A DNA stretch of 16,842 nt from Gammaproteobacteria bacterium (GCA_963422205.2 OY728593.2:1-16842); one strand, 5' to 3'. Positions 1 through 5,790 are shown, counted from the first letter of the stretch. The notes: generated from the sequence alone by a model not told the origin. Program-made: numbers and translations.

Positions 1-43
1 CTGGCAGGTCTACTGGGTCATCCTCGATATCCGGCGCACCTGA
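1..43 (+). CDS. 3' end of pVI-like minor coat gene (partial)
   Basis: Matches the end of 7254..7667 (WQVYWVILDIRRT*). Confidence 0.8.
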   Translation, partial: WQVYWVILDIRRT

Positions 44-44
44 T

Positions 45-854
45 ATGCAGCACGGGGTGTTTTTTATCACGGGCAAGCTGGGGGCAGGGAAGGGCCTGGT
101 CTCGGTCAGCCATATGGTGGAGAAATACATCCAGCGAGGCCGACGGGTGGCCACCAACTTCAACCTGTTCTTCGAACACTACCCTAACCCCCACCGGCGG
201 GAGCTGCACGTCATCCGCCTGCCCGATAAACCCACAGCGGAGCACCTGAGCGCTATCGGCACAGCCTATGCGGGCGACTATGATGAGAGTCAGAACGGCC
301 TCATCCTGCTGGATGAATGTGCCAGTTGGTTTAACTCCCGGCAATGGAACGACAAGGGCCGCCAGGCCTTGATTGAATGGCTCATCCATGCCCGAAAGCT
401 GGGCTGGGATCTGTACTTCAACGTCCAGTCCTTCGAGGTGGTGGACAGTCAGGCCAGGCAACTCATCGGTGAGCACGTGGTCAACTGCTATGCCGGCAAG
501 AAACTGCCCATCATCCGTCTGTTGCCGTTCAAATTCCACCTCGGTACGGTCTACTACATGCTCGATGGCGGCAAGCAGAAAGTCGATACCTGGCTCTACA
601 AGGCCGACCGCTACTACAAGCTCTATGATACCCGGCAGATATTCAGTCCGTTCTATGCCCATGGCATCTACAGCTACCTATCGCCCTGGCACTTAAAAGG
701 CCGTTACCTCAAGCGCCGGACATGGAAGGATGTTGTCAACTTTGGCCTTCGCCTGTTGCTTTATGCCATCCTGCTCATCTTTGCCATCTGCCAGCGCAAA
801 CCGGTGATGACCCTGGCCTATGAATACGGCATGACCTGCCAGCGGCCAGGATAA
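45..854 (+). CDS. zot: Zot/pI-like phage assembly ATPase, 269 aa
   Basis: Walker A GKLGAGKG, VATN motif, Walker B LILLDEC, HARKLGWD and YDTRQ motifs typical of inovirus pI/Zot, and a C-terminal hydrophobic segment. Confidence 0.93.
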   Translation: MQHGVFFITGKLGAGKGLVSVSHMVEKYIQRGRRVATNFNLFFEHYPNPHRRELHVIRLPDKPTAEHLSAIGTAYAGDYDESQNGLILLDECASWFNSRQWNDKGRQALIEWLIHARKLGWDLYFNVQSFEVVDSQARQLIGEHVVNCYAGKKLPIIRLLPFKFHLGTVYYMLDGGKQKVDTWLYKADRYYKLYDTRQIFSPFYAHGIYSYLSPWHLKGRYLKRRTWKDVVNFGLRLLLYAILLIFAICQRKPVMTLAYEYGMTCQRPG

Positions 855-866
855 CACTCCCCACGA

Positions 867-959
867 ATTTACCCCATACTACCCCTTGCCCAGCCTCAAA
901 AAACGCCTTAAATCGAAAATACGGCGGTCGGATGTGACAGATTGACAGCGAAATGGGGG
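867..959 (+). repeat. About 95 bp imperfect direct repeat, copy 1 (partner 1965-2059; also at 8491-8583, 9589-9683 and 16128-16220)
   Basis: Shared blocks ATTTACCCC, CCCTTGCCCA, AAAACGCCTTAAATCG, TACGGCGGTCGGAT and ATTGAC(A/G)GCGAAATGGGGG. Confidence 0.9.
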
Positions 960-1274
960 GTTTTGGCTATTATGGGTAGCGCTGGCTCATCGCTGAAAGC
1001 CCGCACGGACAAGGCATCCCGAGTAATGGCCATCCGCCGATCGCCAGCTAACCACCCCCGCCTTCGCCTGTTTCAGGTGAGCATTGTCTAGCGAGCCTAA
1101 AACAGGCAGGGCATGGTGCACCGCAGGGATGAGATCAGAAAGCGATGCAATCGGCATTGACAAGCACCCGCTGGTGCAGAGAAAGCCGATACGTGCATTA
1201 TCCTGATGACAGCAGCCAGGACGTTCCGGTTGCCACGAACACACAAAAAGACAATACAAAAAAAACCCCCAGGG

Positions 1275-1383
1275 CTGTGGGTATGTGGATAAAACGTCGT
1301 GTGTTTTATCCAGCATATCCACAGCAGACCAACCGGTGGGTATGTGGGTAACTGCGTCTTTTGCAGTTATCCACCATATCCAC
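1275..1383. promoter_or_regulatory. Two tandem hairpins with DnaA-box-like 9-mers in their stems; candidate single-strand origin or primosome site (copies 8899-9007, 16536-16644)
   Basis: CTGTGGGTATGTGGATAAAAC / GTTTTATCCAGCATATCCACAG (1275-1324) and GTGGGTATGTGGGTAACTGC / GCAGTTATCCACCATATCCAC (1336-1383). A consensus TGTGGATAA lies at 1284-1292. The structure is seen; the function is inferred. Confidence 0.55.
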
Positions 1384-1404
1384 GGGAAGAGATAACCGCC
1401 AGGC

Positions 1405-1459
1405 GGCGGGGGTTAATTCCCGAAGCGCAAGCGTTTCTATGAGGGAATTAACCCCCGCC
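1405..1459. other. Perfect 17-bp inverted repeat; candidate packaging signal or terminator (copies 9029-9083, 16666-16720)
   Basis: GGCGGGGGTTAATTCCC (1405-1421) and GGGAATTAACCCCCGCC (1443-1459), just past the stop of the minus-strand gene at 1470. Confidence 0.6.
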
Positions 1460-1469
1460 AACGGCCACC

Positions 1470-1937
1470 TTAGCGTGCGTTGCAGGCCGCATTGCGCCGC
1501 TCGGCCAGGGCACGCTCTCTATCGTGCAGGGATTGACTTTGTGCCGCTCGGTAACCTAAGCCCATGAGACTGCGGTGGCGCTGCAAGCTGTCTCTGGCAC
1601 GCTGGCAATGCTGCGCCCGCCAGGCCGCCCGCTGTCGGCGTTGCTCACGTTGTTGTTGCCGTTGCCCGGCTCGATTTCGCTGTGCCTGCTCCCTGGCCAA
1701 TAACTCATGGTACTGGCGCATCATCGGGGCAGAAGGCAGAGGATCGTTCATCTCAATGAGATGCTGCCCGCTCGCCTCATCTCGCTCACACGGCGCATCA
1801 GAGAACCGCCAGTGCCCATTTGCCTGCTGGCACTGAAACACCAGCGTCTGGCTGCTCGCTGGCAGGGGAACAAGCCACAGAGCGCCGGCGATGGCAGGCA
1901 GATAGACGACTGACAGGGGGCGGATGGTGAGGCGCAT
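1470..1937 (-). CDS. Exported DUF4124-like protein, 155 aa (accessory gene)
   Basis: Signal-peptide-like N-terminus, then VFQCQQANGHWRFSDAPC matching the DUF4124 pattern V(Y/F)xCxxxxGxxxFSDxPC, an R/Q-rich coiled coil and a second Cys pair. Confidence 0.75.
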   Translation of the reverse strand: MRLTIRPLSVVYLPAIAGALWLVPLPASSQTLVFQCQQANGHWRFSDAPCERDEASGQHLIEMNDPLPSAPMMRQYHELLAREQAQRNRAGQRQQQREQRRQRAAWRAQHCQRARDSLQRHRSLMGLGYRAAQSQSLHDRERALAERRNAACNAR

Positions 1938-1964
1938 CCGGTCATCTTAGCTGATAATCTGTGG

Positions 1965-2059
1965 ATTTACCCCCATACCTGACCCTTGCCCACCCCCGGA
2001 AAACGCCTTAAATCGCATCTACGGCGGTCGGATTCGGCTAATTGACGGCGAAATGGGGG
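1965..2059 (+). repeat. About 95 bp imperfect direct repeat, copy 2
   Basis: Aligns by eye with 867-959. Confidence 0.9.
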
Positions 2060-2202
2060 ATTGTCTGACTTTTCCGCTTTTCTCGATACCGGCACCGGCC
2101 ATTCACCGATCGTCAGCTAACTACCCCCCCCCCAATCGATTTGGACAGCTGTCCAAAAAAGTCGATTTGTCTGTTAGCAAGGCCGGCATCCTGCCGCTGG
2201 TC

Positions 2203-2405
2203 ATTACGCATAATGTGGGCATTATGTTCACGGCGAGGCCGTCAGGATAATGGATAAGCCCGAAGGCCGAGCCGCCCGACAGGCGGGGGTGGCCATCCCT
2301 GTACGCTGTCCCCCGTGGCTATCCTTATGCTGATCATCCTGCCGCCACGGGGGACAGCGTGCAGCCCATACCGCCTGTTGAACATAGTGCCACATTATGC
2401 GTCCT
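2203..2405. other. attP-like region: two inverted dif-like XerC/XerD sites
   Basis: ATTACGCATAA-TGTGGGCA-TTATGTTCACG at 2203-2232 (+) and AGGACGCATAA-TGTGGCA-CTATGTTCAAC at 2377-2405 (-), compared with E. coli dif GGTGCGCATAA-TGTATA-TTATGTTAAAT. Confidence 0.82.
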
Positions 2406-2535
2406 TGACAGCTTGCCTGTCACAGGGGCTTGAGTGACCTGGGGCAGGATGCCGACTACCCCGCAAAACTGACCTGGCCAGCCTGTTTTTTTGTTGAACG
2501 CTCGTTCAATGAACGGGGGGATGGGGGGCAGAATC

Positions 2536-2604
2536 AGTGCGGGTCCCTATGACACCCGCACTTTGTAACCGGATCCGGTTATTTTTTGTCTGTTTTTTTG
2601 TCTG
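2536..2604. promoter_or_regulatory. Hairpin, palindrome and short direct repeats; candidate rolling-circle double-strand origin (copy 10160-10228)
   Basis: AGTGCGGGT/ACCCGCACT stem (2536-2562), palindrome TAACCGGATCCGGTTA (2566-2581), and TTTTTTGTCTG twice (2582-2604). Confidence 0.4.
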
Positions 2605-2838
2605 TCAGGGCGCGAACGACAATTTGAGAATGAACAGCAGGATGACCAGGCTGACGCCCAGATTTAGCCGGTTGGTCACCCTTAACTCAGCGACTGTCAC
2701 TTCCAATCTATTCAGGCGTTCATCAATGGTGTTGAATTTGCCGGTGAATGTGTGATCGATACTGTCACTGGCTTCTTTCGCCTCATTCTCGGGTGCACCC
2801 GCATGAACCAGGGCGCGGTACAGGGCGGTGCCGCTCAT
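2605..2838 (-). CDS. 77-aa coiled-coil protein with C-terminal membrane anchor (DUF1640/CCDC90-like)
   Basis: LYRALVHAGAPENEAKEA head, heptad stalk IDERLNRLEVTVAEL and a hydrophobic tail. The start is placed at 2838 because copy B (10229..10462) is identical only from this ATG. Confidence 0.75.
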   Translation of the reverse strand: MSGTALYRALVHAGAPENEAKEASDSIDHTFTGKFNTIDERLNRLEVTVAELRVTNRLNLGVSLVILLFILKLSFAP

Positions 2839-2842
2839 TTTT

Positions 2843-3008
2843 TCATTTCTGAGTATCCCTCCTCTTTGCTTTCGTCTCAATTCCTTTTAAGATCAGGTAG
2901 TTAAGTACTTCTGTAGGTTTTAATGCTTCTTTTGTTTCTATAACCGCATTTACTACTTCTTTTTTCGACTTTTCGCCATGTTGTGTCGGGTATGTGTTTA
3001 GTAGGCAT
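2843..3008 (-). pseudogene. Putative ribbon-helix-helix repressor allele A, frameshifted as written
   Basis: ATG at 3008 gives MPTKHIPDTTWRKVEK and stops at 2901 (35 aa). Removing one base from the T6 run at 2960-2965 gives a 54-aa protein continuing EVVNAVIETKEALKPTEVLNYLILKGIETK, which aligns without gaps to allele B. Confidence 0.7.
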
Positions 3009-3056
3009 ATCAGTCACCGACTGTTCAGTTAATTTGCATATTACAGTTTTTTCATC

Positions 3057-3122
3057 AGTTACTTGATATTTCGTTTTTTAGTAACTAAGATTTACTCTTA
3101 TAAAAAAATATTTAGAAACTAA
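3057..3122 (+). promoter_or_regulatory. Sigma70-like rep promoter with overlapping candidate operators (cassette A)
   Basis: TTGATA (3063-3068), 17 bp, TAAGAT (3086-3091). Inverted pair AGTTACT (3057-3063) / AGTAACT (3080-3086), and TAG(T/A)AACTAA at 3079 and 3113. Confidence 0.65.
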
Positions 3123-3132
3123 TAACGAATAA

Positions 3133-4266
3133 ATGCCCCACTGGTTTTTTGACTGGTTGAAGCTGTATCAGGACTTTGATTATGAGTTACCGCTCATCGG
3201 TGAGCGTGCTTGTATTCACATTGATGCGGCCACCGGTGAGCAGCTCCGTCTTACCCAGCCGCCGATTAAGCATGAGGGCAGCCATTCGACCACCATCACG
3301 ATCACCATCTCATCCAACCGCCTGACGGTCACGGGCAATCCTTCCCGTATCAACCGCTTGGATAATCTGTTCGGCTATACCCGTCTCACTGACTGTGTGG
3401 CCATCTACAACGCCATCTTACGCACTTACGGCCTGCCTGAGTTCACCCCCTGCACCCAGACCTACCATCGTCAGAACAAAGCGCACCAGAGGGTCGAGAC
3501 CTACAGCGATGGGGCGATGATTACCGAGTTGCACATCACCACCAATCAATCGGTCGGGCAGGGCAATGAAGAGGATTACCTTCGGGGCATGGCCTCCCAG
3601 CGTTACCGCCATTCCATCCCCCGGCTTCTGACCAACGGCAAGACCGTGGACTGGTTGCCAGCCAACGGCAACCGGCAACGGCTCATCTACCCGTCCATGT
3701 ACCACAAGGCGCATGAGCTTGGCCTGCACTTGTTGCCCCGCATCAAGAAGCTCTACGGGGCAGACAGCGAGCAATACCGCTATGTTAAGCAAGTCAAGCG
3801 CTACTGCGAGCAACACGGGGTTATCCGCGCCGAGCTCAAGCTGAAATCCCAGTTCCTTAGAGAGCATAACTACCGCTACTACGGCTTATTTACCGAGGGA
3901 GACCTCACCGATCACATCGAGACATTCATCAATACCGACAACCAACTCAAGGTTAATGCCATGAACTTGCAATACATCGCCCAGACCCTCTTGACCGAGC
4001 ACATCGTCAACACCACCTATGCGGCGAATACCACCGCCAGCTATGCGCTGCGCTGGATGCACGGCGAGCAGTTTGATTTTAAGCATAACGGTTCTGCACA
4101 GAAACACAGAACCCGCCTACGCAAGATAGGCATAGACATTGCCAATCGCTGTGACATCAGCACCTTCAGTCCGATTCGGGTGGTATCGACCCGTGAGATT
4201 GTAAGGCAACCCCTGGCTGTGCCTGACTGGTATCGGCGGCCACGGCAGTTGAGGCTGGTGGCATGA
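3133..4266 (+). CDS. Rolling-circle replication initiator, gene II/X (Phage_CRI-like) family, 377 aa
   Basis: N-terminal FDWL, EGSHST, GNPSRINRLDNLFG, MYHKAHE, IRAELKL and C-terminal HRTRLRKIGIDI motifs. It is the first gene of the phage operon. Confidence 0.88.
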   Translation: MPHWFFDWLKLYQDFDYELPLIGERACIHIDAATGEQLRLTQPPIKHEGSHSTTITITISSNRLTVTGNPSRINRLDNLFGYTRLTDCVAIYNAILRTYGLPEFTPCTQTYHRQNKAHQRVETYSDGAMITELHITTNQSVGQGNEEDYLRGMASQRYRHSIPRLLTNGKTVDWLPANGNRQRLIYPSMYHKAHELGLHLLPRIKKLYGADSEQYRYVKQVKRYCEQHGVIRAELKLKSQFLREHNYRYYGLFTEGDLTDHIETFINTDNQLKVNAMNLQYIAQTLLTEHIVNTTYAANTTASYALRWMHGEQFDFKHNGSAQKHRTRLRKIGIDIANRCDISTFSPIRVVSTREIVRQPLAVPDWYRRPRQLRLVA

Positions 4267-4442
4267 GTACGCCCTTATCCCGTCAATCGGAATTAGCGCA
4301 AGTCCTAGCTGAGGTGCGTCAGATTGCCCTGGATGATTACCTTACCCATTTACGCACCTGTTTCTACTGTGCCAGCAAGCCATTTCATTTGTGTCATAGC
4401 GGTAAAGTTAAACGACTCACCTTAGGAGAGAGCAAGCCATGA
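4263..4442 (+). CDS. 59-aa protein with HxxxCxxC-x6-C motif (not in the ORF track)
   Basis: MSTPLSRQSELAQVLAEVRQIALDDYLTHLRTCFYCASKPFHLCHSGKVKRLTLGESKP. It has ATGA overlaps with rep upstream and the ssb-like gene downstream. Confidence 0.75.
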   Translation: MSTPLSRQSELAQVLAEVRQIALDDYLTHLRTCFYCASKPFHLCHSGKVKRLTLGESKP

Positions 4443-4741
4443 AGATCATTGTCAAAGTGTTAGACGTACAAACCACCCTTATCAGAGACAAAGAGACGGC
4501 CTTGGTGACCATGATGTCCGGTCACGATGTTATTCAAGCCAGGCTGTGGAATGCCGAGTATCTGAAAGGCACGCACAAGCAGGCGGAGAAGGTTATCGGC
4601 CAGCCGGTGGTGGTCGATGTCATGCCTGAGTTATACAACGACAAGCTCAATTACGGTTTTGGTTATGCCCCGACCTTCATACCGGTTACCACCTATTTCA
4701 AGCAATTCGCTACCCCCACCAGCAAGACAGCGACCGGCTAG
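4439..4741 (+). CDS. Probable ssDNA-binding protein (pV-like), 100 aa
   Basis: AGGAG RBS, typical size, beta-rich composition with aromatic residues, and position after rep. Assigned by synteny. Confidence 0.65.
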   Translation: MKIIVKVLDVQTTLIRDKETALVTMMSGHDVIQARLWNAEYLKGTHKQAEKVIGQPVVVDVMPELYNDKLNYGFGYAPTFIPVTTYFKQFATPTSKTATG

Positions 4742-4751
4742 GGAGATGCTT

Positions 4752-4910
4752 ATGACCACACGGCTCGATCCTGATGAGGCGCACAGTGACGATCACTTTG
4801 CGTTATGTCCTGGCGATTATGTTCAGCAGGCGTTTGATTTTGGTGCGGATGATTTATCTGATGAACACACCCGTATTGGCGATACGCTCTATACGGATGT
4901 TGAGCGTTAG
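4752..4910 (+). CDS. 52-aa acidic hypothetical protein
   Basis: AGGGAG RBS at 4740-4745 and ATG at 4752 (alternative ATG at 4746). Sequence MTTRLDPDEAHSDDHFALCPGDYVQQAFDFGADDLSDEHTRIGDTLYTDVER. Confidence 0.6.
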   Translation: MTTRLDPDEAHSDDHFALCPGDYVQQAFDFGADDLSDEHTRIGDTLYTDVER

Positions 4911-4959
4911 TGCGCTTGCAGGTTCTCTGTCATTCCTCATCCTGCCCTACAAGGGCAGG

Positions 4960-5379
4960 ATGAGGCTGACCGAATGCATCCCTAAGCCCCTGTTGATGCT
5001 CTGTGCTTTGCTGAGTATCTCAACCCAGGCGGCTGACTGGTCGTGTTTTGGCAGCCTGCGCTTTGTTGACCGCCATGCGGTAGCCAGCAGTTGTCATGCG
5101 GCATGTTCGGCACTGACTGGTGACAGCTTATCGGCCTGCCGCGGGGCCTCACGGCGTTATGGTCAGTGTTACTTAAACCCCGGCTCGCCAGCCAAGGCGG
5201 CGGATTGTGTCCGTCTGCCGACCGGTGTTGAGATTACCGATAACAGTACCGCCGGTTTCCATTTTTTATTCAATGCCGAGCCACTGCAGCACTCCCTGAA
5301 CGAGATCACCTGGCTTATTCTCGCCAGCGGCGTGGTGTTGGCCTTTGCCTTAGGCTTTAAGACCGGCCTGATGCGCTGA
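4960..5379 (+). CDS. pVII-position protein: signal peptide, 6-Cys domain and C-terminal TM (about 139 aa; start uncertain)
   Basis: LLMLCALLSISTQA/ADW signal-like segment and C-terminal ITWLILASGVVLAFALGFKTG. The stop overlaps the next start (TGATG). Confidence 0.65.
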   Translation: MRLTECIPKPLLMLCALLSISTQAADWSCFGSLRFVDRHAVASSCHAACSALTGDSLSACRGASRRYGQCYLNPGSPAKAADCVRLPTGVEITDNSTAGFHFLFNAEPLQHSLNEITWLILASGVVLAFALGFKTGLMR

Positions 5380-5492
5380 TGGATATCGCCTATTACACCG
5401 CTGCCCTGACTTACCTGTTAGCTGCCTGGATAGCGGGTTATCTGGCGGGTCTGTCAGTTTGGGCAGTAAAACGCTTTCTTGAGCAGTTGTGA
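5379..5492 (+). CDS. pIX-like minor coat protein, 37 aa (not in the ORF track)
   Basis: MDIAYYTAALTYLLAAWIAGYLAGLSVWAVKRFLEQL: a single TM helix directly before the major coat gene. Confidence 0.75.
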   Translation: MDIAYYTAALTYLLAAWIAGYLAGLSVWAVKRFLEQL

Positions 5493-5553
5493 TAAGAAAC
5501 GGTGAAACGGCGCACCGCCAAAACTCGCCACAGTGTTATTGAGGAGACTTAAC

Positions 5554-5784
5554 ATGAAAACCCTCGCTACCAAGCTGTTACCTGGCCTGGGCCTTGCCTT
5601 GGCCGGTGTACAGGTCAAGGCGGTCTCGCTGATTGACTTCAGCGCAGGCGGCCTGACCGGGGCGGCCACCAACATCGGTGATACGGCGTCCTCGGCCGCG
5701 GCCTTTGTGCTGCCGGTCATCGTCGGTGTGGCTGCCCTGCTGGTGGGTGTTCGCTTGCTCAAGCGTTTCATCCGCAGCATCTAG
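5554..5784 (+). CDS. Major coat protein precursor (pVIII-like), 76 aa
   Basis: GAGGAG RBS at 5541-5546, signal peptide ending VKA, amphipathic segment, TM helix and basic C-terminus RLLKRFIRSI. Confidence 0.88.
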   Translation: MKTLATKLLPGLGLALAGVQVKAVSLIDFSAGGLTGAATNIGDTASSAAAFVLPVIVGVAALLVGVRLLKRFIRSI

Positions 5785-5790
5785 CTGGCC

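Noticed and set aside
18-662. 214-aa antisense ORF over zot, and similar shadow ORFs over rep, pVIII and pIII
   Set aside because: These are opposite-strand or alternate-frame shadows of well-supported genes in GC-rich coding DNA.
45-854. Zot as an enterotoxin
   Set aside because: Only the assembly ATPase domain and membrane anchor are present. There is no long C-terminal extension like that of V. cholerae Zot.
987-1322. 111-aa minus-strand ORF and overlapping 68-aa plus-strand ORFs
   Set aside because: They run through the hairpin region, have no recognisable motif or clear RBS, and recur only because the whole unit is repeated.
2839-2880. N-terminal extension of the 77-aa gene to 91 aa
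   Set aside because: It is absent in unit B, uses a TTG start, and overlaps the 3' end of repressor allele A.
2959-2966. AAAAAAG as a programmed -1 frameshift site in repressor A
   Set aside because: The heptamer is out of phase with the reading frame (GAA AAA AGA), and restoring homology needs +1, not -1.
4774-4959. Upstream extension of the pVII-position ORF to 201 aa
   Set aside because: It overlaps the RBS-supported acidic ORF and would bury the signal peptide.
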